Source: Chthoniobacter flavus | GTDB taxonomy: Bacteria > Verrucomicrobiota > Verrucomicrobiia > Chthoniobacterales > Terrimicrobiaceae | Reading direction: 5' to 3' | Assembly: GCA_020718585.1 (NCBI GenBank) | Contig: DYRS01000001.1 | Location: 40,458-88,517, forward strand | DNA: 48,060 bases | Part shown: positions 10,105 to 22,632 of the stretch, piece after piece | How the letters are laid out: each line of letters begins with the position of its first letter | How positions within the stretch are numbered: the first letter of the stretch is position 1 | The notes under the pieces: model-generated | Told to the model about the DNA's origin: nothing | The model's database searches: none | The model's input: the letters and a program-made list of their open reading frames with translations, nothing else | Translations under genes and position numbers: made by a program

Positions 10105-10509
10105 ATGCTGCGTCTTGAAATTGTTACTCCCGAGGAAATGATCTACTCTGACGATGTGGATTGCGTGGTGATTCCGGGGATCGAGGGCGAGTTTGGGGTG
10201 CTGCCGATGCACGTTCCGTTGATGACGCAACTTCTTCCGGGTGAGCTCCGGGTGCAGAAGGGCGGGGAGGAGATTCGGATGGCAGTCGGCGAGGGGTTTG
10301 TGGAAATCGGCCCCGACAAGGTTGCCGTGCTCACGGACATGGCGGTCAAGGATGCCGATATTGATGAATCCGCCGCAGAGGAGGCGATCCAGCGGGCGGA
10401 GGCCGCGATGCGGAACGAAAAAATGAACGACGAGGAGCACGCGGCGGTCAAGGCCGCACTTCAGAAATCGCTTGCTCTGGTGCGGGTCAAGCATCGCCGG
10501 ACGTTCTGA
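10105..10509 (+). CDS. atpC: F1 ATP synthase epsilon subunit
   Basis: 134 aa. LRLEIVTPEEMIYSDDVDCVVIPGIEGEFGVLPMHVPLMTQL is the typical epsilon beta-sandwich N-terminus. It lies immediately downstream of atpD. Confidence 0.93.
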   Translation: MLRLEIVTPEEMIYSDDVDCVVIPGIEGEFGVLPMHVPLMTQLLPGELRVQKGGEEIRMAVGEGFVEIGPDKVAVLTDMAVKDADIDESAAEEAIQRAEAAMRNEKMNDEEHAAVKAALQKSLALVRVKHRRTF

Positions 10510-10557
10510 GGATTTTTTGCGCGGGCATCGCGCCCGCGCGGACCGCCGTCAAAAAAA

Positions 10558-11421
10558 GTGAAGATGCGCGCTGAGAGGCGGCCGGGCGGAAGGAGGATGG
10601 CGGGGGAGGCCCTTTTTCGCGACCTGCTTTGGACGCAGTTGGATGCGCGGGCCGGTGGGGTGTCGGTGCTGCGGTTGGAGCTGCACAGGCATCTGCCCGA
10701 GACCGTGCGGCTGGGGAGCCATGCGCACGCGCACTGGCAGGCTCTGGTGTATCTTTCCGGTCACGGGACGCAGGAGATCGGGCGGGATTTGCACCCGATT
10801 TCCTCCGGATCCCTGGTGATTCTTCCTGCCGGATGCCGGCATGCATTCCGCCGCGGGGCCGGTCAGCCGCCGCTGTGCGTGATGTTGGATTTCACCGCGC
10901 CGTGGGCAAAGCGGGCAGACGTGCGGGTGCTCGCCGCGTTCGATATCGCAAGGGTGCGTTCGTTGCTTGCCGACATGGCGCGGCTCAACGACGAGGGCGG
11001 GGTTCCCGACCAGATCGGGCGCGCGGCGCTGACGCTCCGCCTGCTCGCGCTCGTTGCGGAATGTTCCGGCTGGTATCCGAGACCGGCGCGAAGCTCGGCG
11101 AAGACCGTCCTCCACCGGGTCCAAACGATGCTAGAGGGCGGGGCTGACGCGCCGGCAATCTCAAAGGCGCTGAACTTCCATCCCGACCACCTCAGCCGAC
11201 TCGTGCGCGCCGAGACAGGACTTGGGCTGCGGGCACTCGCGGGGCAGTTCCGGCTGCGCCGGGTGCAGAAGCTGCTTCGCGAACACCCGCTTGTGCGCGA
11301 TGCCGCTGCGGAGGCCGGTTTTTTTGACCAGAACTACTTTTCGCGGTGGTTCAAAAAGCAGACGGGAAAATCTCCGCGCGAATGGGTTCGCTCGGGGGAA
11401 TCCGTCGTCCGCTGGAGCTGA
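10558..11421 (+). CDS. AraC-family transcriptional regulator with N-terminal cupin domain
   Basis: The C-terminal double HTH ends in FFDQNYFSRWFKKQTGKSPREW. The N-terminal cupin-like segment is HAHAHWQALVYLSGHG...ILPAGCRHAF. The track start at 10558 is a GTG; ATGs at 10564 or 10597 are possible. Confidence 0.85.
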   Translation: MKMRAERRPGGRRMAGEALFRDLLWTQLDARAGGVSVLRLELHRHLPETVRLGSHAHAHWQALVYLSGHGTQEIGRDLHPISSGSLVILPAGCRHAFRRGAGQPPLCVMLDFTAPWAKRADVRVLAAFDIARVRSLLADMARLNDEGGVPDQIGRAALTLRLLALVAECSGWYPRPARSSAKTVLHRVQTMLEGGADAPAISKALNFHPDHLSRLVRAETGLGLRALAGQFRLRRVQKLLREHPLVRDAAAEAGFFDQNYFSRWFKKQTGKSPREWVRSGESVVRWS

Positions 11422-11444
11422 GGCGATTTGGCGGAGGGCGGGTG

Positions 11445-12815
11445 CTATTTTCCGCGCACCGCAAGGACATGGAGCATCGTTTTGAGGAAGATTTCGAGGT
11501 CGAGGACCGGCGAGTAAAACCGAATGTAGTAGAGGTCGAAGCGAAGCTTCTCAAGCGTGTCCTTGAGGCTTTCCCCGTATCGGAAATTGAGCTGCGCCCA
11601 CCCGGTGATACCCGGCTGGACGAGGTGGCGGAGGTGGTAGAACGGAATTTCTTTTTCGTAAACCGGGACCAGCCGGACCCATTCCGGGCGCGGGCCGATG
11701 AGGCTCATGTCGCCCTCAAGGACGTTGAGAAGCTGCGGGATTTCATCCAGCCGGAGCTTGCGGAGGATGCGTCCGACCCGGGTGACGCGTGGGTCGCCGC
11801 TTGCGGTGTAGGCCGCGCCGGACTCAGAGCCCACCGACATCGTGCGGAACTTGAAAATCGAGAACAGGCGTCTGTTCCGACCGACCCGCTCCTGGCGGAA
11901 CAGGACCGGGCCGCGCGAGTCCGCCTTGATCAGCATTGCCACGATGAGCGCGAGCGGAGCGAGCCCGACAAGGAGGACGAGCGAAAACAGGATGTCGAAC
12001 CCGCGCTTGATCACCCGGTAGTGCGAGCGCTCGGCCAGGCTGAAATCCTGCTCGAAAACCCATGCCGGGCTGAGGTGGAGGGTGGGAACCTGACGCCACA
12101 TCAGCGAGTAAAATGCGTTCAGCGTCAGCACCGGCAGCTCGCAAAAATGCATGCGCACAAGCTTTTCAAGGAGTGGCGTCGAAAACCTTTCAGGCGGTTC
12201 GGTGAGGATGACCGCCTCGAACCGTAGGCCGACCTCTTTCCAGAATGCGGGCGATCCGTCGGCCGCCCCCCCGGCGGTCGCCGGGAGGTCTTCGATCCGC
12301 ATCGAGATCACCGGGTTGGCGAGCCCGGTGTCCGAATACATCGAGGAAAACTCGCGGAGTGAATCCTCGCGCCCGATGAGAAGATACGGCCGCGAGCGCG
12401 CGAGCCGGCCGTGGATCCGGTAGAATATCTCGCGCACGAGGATCGCTGACGGAACAAATGCGGCCGAGCTGAAAAGCAGGACCGCACGGCTTTCCTGAAC
12501 AATGCGGTCGGTGCCGAGAAACACGACGTAGATGAGGAAGAGCGCGGTCGCTGTCGCTATGGCTGTGCCAAGGATGAACTCCGCCGCCGCATTGAGCCGG
12601 CGGAGGTGGATCGGCTTCTTGTAGGCGCCGCTGATCGCCGTGCCGCAAAGGACGCATGCCGCATACAGCACATAGGAGATCCAGCCGCCACGGCCGCTGT
12701 CGCCGCCCGGCTGGTAGCCGAGCCGGATCTCATTCGCGATATACACGCACGCAGCCAGAAGCAGGAGGTCAATAAGCGGGAGCACGACCGTCCAAAAAAG
12801 CGGACGGGAAAGCAT
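11445..12815 (-). CDS. Polyprenyl-phosphate glycosyl-1-phosphate transferase (WbaP/EpsB-type bacterial sugar transferase), EPS initiating enzyme
   Basis: 456 aa. N-terminal TM helices plus the C-terminal bacterial sugar transferase domain ([57 protein letters not shown] ... LIGPRPE). Confidence 0.9.
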   Translation of the reverse strand: MLSRPLFWTVVLPLIDLLLLAACVYIANEIRLGYQPGGDSGRGGWISYVLYAACVLCGTAISGAYKKPIHLRRLNAAAEFILGTAIATATALFLIYVVFLGTDRIVQESRAVLLFSSAAFVPSAILVREIFYRIHGRLARSRPYLLIGREDSLREFSSMYSDTGLANPVISMRIEDLPATAGGAADGSPAFWKEVGLRFEAVILTEPPERFSTPLLEKLVRMHFCELPVLTLNAFYSLMWRQVPTLHLSPAWVFEQDFSLAERSHYRVIKRGFDILFSLVLLVGLAPLALIVAMLIKADSRGPVLFRQERVGRNRRLFSIFKFRTMSVGSESGAAYTASGDPRVTRVGRILRKLRLDEIPQLLNVLEGDMSLIGPRPEWVRLVPVYEKEIPFYHLRHLVQPGITGWAQLNFRYGESLKDTLEKLRFDLYYIRFYSPVLDLEIFLKTMLHVLAVRGK

Positions 12816-12888
12816 GTCGGCCCATGCCCGCCGACGCGCATCCGACGGCCCGGGCGGACGGCTCGGCGCAGGGCTGGAGACCGGTCGG

Positions 12889-15006
12889 TCAGGCGGCGGC
12901 TTTTTGTCCGCTCCGCTGCTGGCTGTAGTAGTAGTTGTAATACGGGTATTCGTGGTTGGCGGGGTCCACCGCGTTGTAAATGATCCCCCCGACCACGGCC
13001 CGGCGGGAGAGCAGGTGGCCGACCGTGCGCTTGGCCAACCGCAGGCTCGTCATCCCGCAGCGGATCGTGACAAGCGCGATGTCCACCTTGCCGCCGAGGA
13101 TGCTCGTCTCGTCCACCGCGAGCACCGGGGAAGAGTCGAAAATAATAATGTCAAACCGCTTTTCGACCTCGGCCAGGAAATGGTCGAGCGAAGTGCTGAC
13201 GAAGATCGCGCTACCGCCGGACCCGTAGTAGCCGCGAGGTATGAACGACAGGTTTTTTATCTCCGTGTTGTGGATCGCTTTTTCCACGGCGACGTTGCCG
13301 TTGAGTACATCTCCGAGGCCGGGATCCTGTTCAAGCCCAAACTGGCGGTGAAGGTTTCCCCTGCGAAGGTCGGCATCGATCAGAAGCGTGCGCGAGCCGG
13401 AGGAGGCTAGGCAGGTTGCGAGGTTGCTGGAGACCGTGGACTTCCCTTCGCCCGGGATCGCGCTCGATATCAGAATCGTCTTCGGCGGGCCCTTTTCCCA
13501 CTCGGTGAAAAGGAGCCACGAGCGAAGCTTTCGGAACGACTCGAAAAGCCCGAGGTTGTCGTCCTCATTGACCCGCAGGAGCTGCTGTCCGTCGGGAACC
13601 TTGGGGATGATCGCGACGACCTCTTCCTCGACGATCGCCTGGAGCTCGGTGATCGAAACGATCCGGTCGTCGAGCGCTCCGATGACGAGCAGGATGCCGA
13701 GCCCTGCGAGCGCGCCCATGATCCCGCCCATCGCGAGGTCGCGGGCCAGCGGCTGAATGCTCACTCCCGGCGGCGTTGCGTATTCCATGATCGATAGGAT
13801 GTCCTGCTGGATGTTTGAGTTCACGTCCACGTTTTGAACGTTCCCGAGCAATCGGTCGTAGAGGCTCTTTTGGCGGTCCACCTTCGCCTTCAGTCGCTCG
13901 AACTCGCCCATCCGCGCGCTCAGATCGAGGGATTTGACCTCCCACTGGCTGATCTGGCTTTTCGTGTTCGCGATCTGGGCTGCGAGCGACTGGCGTTTCG
14001 ATTCGAGCTGTTCGAGCGCCTGCACGCGATAGACCTCGAGAAGCTTTTTGTTCTGCCGGATCTCCTGCTCGAGCGCCTTGATTTTCGGGTGTTCCGGCTG
14101 GCGGGTTTCGAGCAACTGCTCGCGCTGGGCCTGGAGGATGTAGTTTCTGCGCTTGACTCCGAGGTAGCTATCGGCCGGGGTGCCGGAGCCGCCCGACATC
14201 ATCAGGTCGGAGACGATCCGCGAGTTACTCTCATCGGTCGGCACCGCCGGGTCACCCTCAGCCACGCGGTCGATGTTCTGCTCCTCGGTGAGCCGGTTGA
14301 TCAGGTTGTATTCGGATTCGAGCCCTGCGAGATCCTTGTTCAGAGCGGCAAGGTAGCCGCCCGCCGCCGTCCCCTCCTCTTGGAGAAATGCCAGGTTGTT
14401 TTGCTTTTTCCAGTCGAACAGCGAATCCTCGTCCTTGCGGAGATCGGTTTCCACGCGGGCGAGCTCGTCGGTGATCGCGGTGAGCGTGCTCTCGGATTTC
14501 TCGTTGAAAATCCCCCGGCGCAGCGAGATGTATTCCTCCATCACCGCATTGAGGTAGGCCTTGACGAAATCCGGGTTCTGGCCGGTCGCGGTGAGCACGA
14601 AGATCGAGGTGCGGGGGATCTGCGAGACCGCGATCGAGACCGGCACCGGGCTGAGATCCGGGCGCATCGACTGCACGCGCGAAGCCGCGCGTCGTCGGAC
14701 CTCGGCACTCTGCATCAGCTCGACCTGCGTGCCAAAAAAGTTGACCGCCTCCTCGTTGAACATCCCGCTTTCCGGGAGCGAGATCCGCCCGCTGACGAGG
14801 ATCCGCCCGGCTGACTGGTAGCTGTTCGGGCTGGTGAGCGACAGCCACGCCTGGGTCGCGAGCCCGATGCTGATCGTCACCGCCGGGATCCACCAGTAGG
14901 ACGTGACAACCCGACGGTAGCGGGAAATTTTCGAGCGGATCGCCTCGATGCGTTCACCGCTCGTGTTCGATGCGGTTGCCGTGGAGATGGCCTGGGAATT
15001 TGGCAT
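12889..15006 (-). CDS. wzc: Polysaccharide co-polymerase / BY-type tyrosine autokinase (Wzc/GumC-like)
   Basis: 705 aa. It has an N-terminal TM helix, a long periplasmic coiled-coil (Wzz/GNVR-like) region and a second TM helix. The cytoplasmic P-loop ATPase carries Walker A SAIPGEGKST and Walker B IIIFDSSP. The C-terminal Tyr cluster is HEYPYYNYYYS. Confidence 0.9.
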   Translation of the reverse strand: MPNSQAISTATASNTSGERIEAIRSKISRYRRVVTSYWWIPAVTISIGLATQAWLSLTSPNSYQSAGRILVSGRISLPESGMFNEEAVNFFGTQVELMQSAEVRRRAASRVQSMRPDLSPVPVSIAVSQIPRTSIFVLTATGQNPDFVKAYLNAVMEEYISLRRGIFNEKSESTLTAITDELARVETDLRKDEDSLFDWKKQNNLAFLQEEGTAAGGYLAALNKDLAGLESEYNLINRLTEEQNIDRVAEGDPAVPTDESNSRIVSDLMMSGGSGTPADSYLGVKRRNYILQAQREQLLETRQPEHPKIKALEQEIRQNKKLLEVYRVQALEQLESKRQSLAAQIANTKSQISQWEVKSLDLSARMGEFERLKAKVDRQKSLYDRLLGNVQNVDVNSNIQQDILSIMEYATPPGVSIQPLARDLAMGGIMGALAGLGILLVIGALDDRIVSITELQAIVEEEVVAIIPKVPDGQQLLRVNEDDNLGLFESFRKLRSWLLFTEWEKGPPKTILISSAIPGEGKSTVSSNLATCLASSGSRTLLIDADLRRGNLHRQFGLEQDPGLGDVLNGNVAVEKAIHNTEIKNLSFIPRGYYGSGGSAIFVSTSLDHFLAEVEKRFDIIIFDSSPVLAVDETSILGGKVDIALVTIRCGMTSLRLAKRTVGHLLSRRAVVGGIIYNAVDPANHEYPYYNYYYSQQRSGQKAAA

Positions 15007-15009
15007 TTT

Positions 15010-15753
15010 TCAGAAATTGAACATCCGTTCGGGGACGACGATATAGTCGCCGGGTTTGACGATCATGTCCTTGCGGGCGTCCCCCCGCTCGAGCACCGCC
15101 TTCACGTCTACGGTGAAGCGCTTCGTCTCCCCGCCCTCGGCCGACGGGCGGATCAGGCGCACGCGGCGGCGGTCGGCAAAATCCGCGAACCCGCCGGCCT
15201 CGAGCACCGCTGCGGCAACTGTCACCTCGCGGTCCCGCGGGATTTCCTGAGCCCCCTGCTTCATCACCTGCCCGGTGACAAAATACGTCCCCATCGGCAG
15301 CGTGCTCGCGGTTTCCAGCGCCAGCCCGACCGACGCCTTCGTGTAAAAAGATTTTTCCAAGATCCCCCTGACCTCGTCCGCCACCGCCTTGCAGGTGCGT
15401 CCTGACGCGTTGATGCGGCCGACGTAGGGAAAGTCGATCTCCCCCGACGACGCCACGGTCACCAGCACCGGCTCATCGCCCTCCTCGGCAATACGGAAGC
15501 TCAGCCGGTCGCCGGGCGCCAGCGTCCGCTTGTCATCGAGATATCCCGTGCCCATGCTGAACGGCACCGGCTTGCGCTTTGCAGCCGACACCGCAGGCAT
15601 CCCAGGGTCGAGGTTGAGGTCCGTGTCGGGAATCTCCGCCCGCGCGGACGATGCCAGGAACAACGCGCAGAGAGCCGCGAGCATGGCACAGCAGGTGAAG
15701 TGCCGGGTATTTTCGGATGCAATCGGTTGAAAAACGGATGTCGGCGGGTTCAC
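15010..15753 (-). CDS. wza: Polysaccharide export protein (Wza-like: Poly_export + SLBB domains)
   Basis: 247 aa. Signal peptide MLAALCALFLASSARA. LAPGDRLSFRI...GEIDFPYVGRINASGRT (Poly_export motif). C-terminal KPGDYIVVPE (SLBB). There is a 3-nt spacer to both neighbours. The start is GTG at 15753 or ATG at 15684. Confidence 0.85.
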   Translation of the reverse strand: MNPPTSVFQPIASENTRHFTCCAMLAALCALFLASSARAEIPDTDLNLDPGMPAVSAAKRKPVPFSMGTGYLDDKRTLAPGDRLSFRIAEEGDEPVLVTVASSGEIDFPYVGRINASGRTCKAVADEVRGILEKSFYTKASVGLALETASTLPMGTYFVTGQVMKQGAQEIPRDREVTVAAAVLEAGGFADFADRRRVRLIRPSAEGGETKRFTVDVKAVLERGDARKDMIVKPGDYIVVPERMFNF

Positions 15754-15756
15754 ATT

Positions 15757-17220
15757 TCAGAATTGTTGGGAGATAGCCAGCGTGAAGATCTGGCGGGTGT
15801 AGCTCGCGTTCAGCTCTTCCATCTCGTTGCCATAGTAAGTATAATTAACAGAAAAATCAGTATATTTCATCAATTTGAACGATAAACTCAACTGCCCGGT
15901 GAAATCCGAGTAAGGCAGGTTGCCTTCGGTGCGGGAGACCGATCCGAATTCGTAGTTGAAAATCGCGGTCGCCGTCGTGATTCTGTTCACGCGGTATTGC
16001 ATCGAGTAGCCGATCGCGTTGACCTCCTGATAATTCGAGACCGTGGATCCCTGGGCCTCGCGGGAGATCGAGAGCTTGTGGGAAATGTAGCGGGTCATCC
16101 GGTTCAGGATCGTCAACTGGAAATACGGCTGCGTGTAGTTTGATCCGCCCAGCGTGCTCTCGACGTTCGTATTGGCGCCGTCGGACTGCTGGTAAACCAA
16201 TTGATCGCTCTGCGTGCCGGCGTCCGAAAACATCGCCGACTGCAAGCCCGCCTCAAAGTAGATGGACGTGAAGTTGGTGAGGCGGCTTTGGTAAAAAAAA
16301 CCCGCTCGGGCGGTGATCGAGTCGTTCATCACCTGCTGGCTGTAGGTCGTGCTGGTCGTCTGGAGCCGGATGCCGGCATTCGTGGTGGGCGTGATGTCGT
16401 AGGACGCGATGCCATACCACGAGTAGCCGGTCAGGTTCTGCGAGCTGTAATCGTCGTTTGTGAGCGAGAGCGTGTCCTGGCGTTCGACGCCGGTCATGCA
16501 CATCACCTTGTTTGGATGCCAGATCAGGTTGATGCCGGCGCGGTTGTTGAGCTGCTGGAAATTCACCGCGTTGGTGAGTGCCGGGCTCTGCTCTCCGCCG
16601 ATGTTGGTGATCGAGGGGTATTCGTACAAGGTGAGGATGAAATCATCAAAGTAGAGCCGATAATCGAGCCCGGTGTAGGGGTCAATGACAAGTCCGTTCG
16701 TGTTGTAGCGGCTGTAGCGCAGGTATTCCGAGTAGCTGACCTGAAAGCTGAGCTGCAGGTCGTTCCGACGCGTCGCCTTCCAGTAGAGTGCCAGGTTGAC
16801 GTTCACCGTGGCGTAGAGATCGGAGAGCGGCTGGGTCGGCGAGGAGTTGATGTTGGAGTCGTAGGTGACGCCGAAGGCGGCACCGAGCGACATCTTCACG
16901 GGCCCAAACCGTCCGATCTCGGACGTCGCGATTCCCGATCCTTGGCTGGCGAGCCCGGTCAGGTAGTTTCGATAGGCCTGCCAGCCGGCCAGCGACGACT
17001 TGTTGCCCGCCACTCCGGCACCAAACGCAAGCGGGCGCGCCTGGTCGGACGTCGTCGCCGCCGTCGTGCCCAACTGGTTGGCGTTGTTGCCGAACGTGGA
17101 GGTGCTCGGCGCGTCCGAGAGGGATTGGGCACCGGCTCGGGGAGTTCCCAGCGGGCACAGAAAAACCGCCCCCGCCACAGCTAAGGGGATCCCAATGCTC
17201 CGGTGCCAATGCCTTCCCAC
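15757..17220 (-). CDS. Outer-membrane beta-barrel protein of the EPS export locus
   Basis: 487 aa with a GTG start and signal peptide (IGIPLAVAGAVFLCPLGTPRAGAQ). It shows alternating-hydrophobic, Tyr/Ser/Asn/Thr-rich strands throughout. The terminal aromatic residue (...FTLAISQQF) is typical of OMP beta-barrels. It is the first gene of a tightly packed operon with wza and wzc. Confidence 0.7.
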   Translation of the reverse strand: MGRHWHRSIGIPLAVAGAVFLCPLGTPRAGAQSLSDAPSTSTFGNNANQLGTTAATTSDQARPLAFGAGVAGNKSSLAGWQAYRNYLTGLASQGSGIATSEIGRFGPVKMSLGAAFGVTYDSNINSSPTQPLSDLYATVNVNLALYWKATRRNDLQLSFQVSYSEYLRYSRYNTNGLVIDPYTGLDYRLYFDDFILTLYEYPSITNIGGEQSPALTNAVNFQQLNNRAGINLIWHPNKVMCMTGVERQDTLSLTNDDYSSQNLTGYSWYGIASYDITPTTNAGIRLQTTSTTYSQQVMNDSITARAGFFYQSRLTNFTSIYFEAGLQSAMFSDAGTQSDQLVYQQSDGANTNVESTLGGSNYTQPYFQLTILNRMTRYISHKLSISREAQGSTVSNYQEVNAIGYSMQYRVNRITTATAIFNYEFGSVSRTEGNLPYSDFTGQLSLSFKLMKYTDFSVNYTYYGNEMEELNASYTRQIFTLAISQQF

Positions 17221-17304
17221 CGGCGGACCCTATCACAATTCTCCGCTGCAGAGACAACTCCAATCTCCGGGGGGCACCGCTCCCCCGCAGGCTTCCTGCG
17301 AAGG

Positions 17305-17310
17305 ATTGTA
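17305..17310 (-). promoter_or_regulatory. Candidate -10 element (TACAAT) for the OMP-wza-wzc operon
   Basis: The minus strand reads ...accggttgaaTACAATccttcg, about 85 nt upstream of the GTG at 17220. The same hexamer class recurs at other candidate promoters in the window. No good -35 is present. Confidence 0.3.
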
Positions 17311-17430
17311 TTCAACCGGTCGCTTTGTCCTACTGGGCGTATCTCTGATGGCTGCAATCGGCGATGGGTGGCAAGGGAGCATGGGCGTCTCGCCCGTGGG
17401 GGAGGCGGCGTCCCGATGCGAGAGCCTGTG

Positions 17431-17466
17431 CCAAAACAGGCGGGACGCCTGTTCTCCTTTTTTGCA
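17431..17466 (-). terminator. Intrinsic-terminator-like hairpin after the 131/156-aa gene
   Basis: aacaggcg-gga-cgcctgtt at 17435-17453. Run of T on the minus strand partly within the stem (cgcctgttttgg). A T6 run at 17458-17463 on the plus strand makes it bidirectional. It lies 36 nt downstream of the stop codon at 17489. Confidence 0.5.
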
Positions 17467-17488
17467 ACTTTCGCAGATGCGCCCTGTT

Positions 17489-17884
17489 CTACTTCAGGGT
17501 GTAAATCGTTGTGGCTTTGCTTCCCAATTTCTTGAGTCCATTGACCTGCTTGACAGCATCCCTCACGCTGGAAACCGATTCGCCTGCCGCGCTCACGATG
17601 TCGCGCATCGAGATTCCGTTCGGAGCGGCCTTGATGATATCTGTGATCGTGAGCACAAGGGTGGACTTTTCATCCGGGCTCAGGCGCTTGCGGGCTCCGT
17701 TCGCCTTTTCTCCTTTAAGATTCTGTCCGGTGAGCCCGGCGTATTCCGATTCCAGAACTGCGAGATCCGCCTTCAACACGGATATCTTTTTCACCAATTC
17801 CGAAATCGCTTCCGATTTCAACGCATCAATTCTCAATTTCGCCTCAGATTCGATTGCTGCAATTTTTTCTAATGCCGATGTCAT
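17489..17884 (-). CDS. Hypothetical small protein: N-terminal coiled coil, basic linker, C-terminal winged-helix-like domain
   Basis: MTSALEKIAAIESEAKLRIDALKSEAISELVKKISVLKADLAVLESEYAGL shows heptad-like periodicity. The linker is GEKANGARKRLSPDEK. The C-terminal segment is TITDIIKAAPNGISMRDIVSAAGESVSSVRDAVKQVNGLKKLGSKATTIYTLK. The track ORF extends to a TTG at 17959; the first ATG is at 17884. I recognise no family. Confidence 0.6.
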   Translation of the reverse strand: MTSALEKIAAIESEAKLRIDALKSEAISELVKKISVLKADLAVLESEYAGLTGQNLKGEKANGARKRLSPDEKSTLVLTITDIIKAAPNGISMRDIVSAAGESVSSVRDAVKQVNGLKKLGSKATTIYTLK

Positions 17885-18170
17885 ATGTTGTTGTGTTGAG
17901 AATTCCTTCAACACGAAGGATCTCCATTGAGGATTATCCCGTCCACTGTTCTCATTCAATAACGAACTGTCGCATTCGGCACTCGCCCCAGGGCCAATTC
18001 ACGAACGAGAGGAAAAAGAGAGGTGGGCGGCGGAAACGGAGCGGAGGGCGGGTGCGATGGTGGTTGGCATTTGCCCCGTTGCGTCAAAAAACCCGTAGCG
18101 GATGAGATCTCCCACAGTGTGCATGTCTTTGAGAGCATGGCTGGGCATTGGCCCTGAATCCCTCCGGTCA

Positions 18171-18206
18171 CAACGCGAAACAGCCGGGGTCTTGCGACCC
18201 CGGCTG
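18171..18206 (-). terminator. Rho-independent terminator of groEL
   Basis: Perfect 11-bp stem cagccggggtc / gaccccggctg (18181-18191 / 18196-18206) with a 4-nt loop. On the minus strand it is followed by tttcgcgttg. It lies 35 nt after the groEL stop. Confidence 0.65.
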
Positions 18207-18240
18207 TCCGGTTTGATTTTTGGTTTGTTGGACGCGGGAC

Positions 18241-19884
<1,644 letters not shown>

Positions 19885-19932
19885 TTAAGTTCTAAGTATT
19901 AATTATTAAGTTTTGAGTTTGCTGAGGATGAC

Positions 19933-20229
19933 TTAGCCGATGATGCCGAGGATGTCGTCCTCGCGCATGATCAGATAGGTTTCGCCATCCACTTTGACTT
20001 CGGTTCCGCCGTATTTCGAGATGAGGACGGTGTCCCCTTTCTTGACGGTGAACTCGATGAGTTTGCCGTCGTCGTCACGCTTTCCGGTGCCGAGGGCGAC
20101 AACTTTGCCTTCCTGCGGTTTTTCTTTGGCGGTATCGGGAATGATGATGCCGCCCTTTTTGACTTCCTTCTCTTCGAGCGCTTGCACGAGCACGCGGTCT
20201 CCGAGAGGCTTGATGTTTACGTTGGCCAT
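19933..20229 (-). CDS. groS: Co-chaperonin GroES (Cpn10)
   Basis: 98 aa. [49 protein letters not shown]-like SD (caaggagaa) upstream. Confidence 0.97.
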   Translation of the reverse strand: MANVNIKPLGDRVLVQALEEKEVKKGGIIIPDTAKEKPQEGKVVALGTGKRDDDGKLIEFTVKKGDTVLISKYGGTEVKVDGETYLIMREDDILGIIG

Positions 20230-20323
20230 ATTGGCTTGGTTCTCCTTGTTGTTTGGTTTTGTTGGTTTTTAACAGGCCCCGGCGACGGCGCGGGCCGGGC
20301 CGGGGCGATTTGTTAAAGTGTGA

Positions 20324-22318
<1,995 letters not shown>

Positions 22319-22358
22319 TTATGTGTTAATAATAGGTGAGTTAGGAAAAAACCTCCCC

Positions 22359-22437
22359 CATTGCGCATGAGGAATGGCGCGCCATAATGACGCATTTGTG
22401 AAATAGAGCGCGACAAAACTGCCATAATGGCGCAATG
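22359..22437. promoter_or_regulatory. Cluster of GCCAT/ATGGC dyads in the dnaK / P-type ATPase divergent region
   Basis: 12-bp palindrome atggcgcgccat (22374-22385). Direct repeats gccataatgacgca (22381-22394) and gccataatggcgca (22421-22434), 40 bp apart. Outer inverted 8-mers cattgcgc (22359-22366) and gcgcaatg (22430-22437). Confidence 0.3.
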
Positions 22438-22632
22438 AGCCGTCAGGCCGGATTGCAGGACACACTGCCGCGAGCGGGATGCCGATCCGGAACCCGCCTC
22501 GGACGGACAACATGAGAAAACTCTCATTTTTCATCGGGCATCTCGTCTTTTTGCCACTGGTTTTCAATCTGCGACAAAGGGTGTGTGTTTTGCCGTGCGA
22601 CTTGATTGGAAACTATCTAATGAATCGAGCCT

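Noticed and set aside
10519-10539. GC-rich hairpin gcgcgggc-atcgc-gcccgcgc after atpC as an intrinsic terminator.
   Set aside because: The T-run precedes the stem and an A-run follows it on the plus strand, which is the wrong polarity for terminating atpDC. It may still pause or stabilise the transcript, but I cannot call it a terminator.
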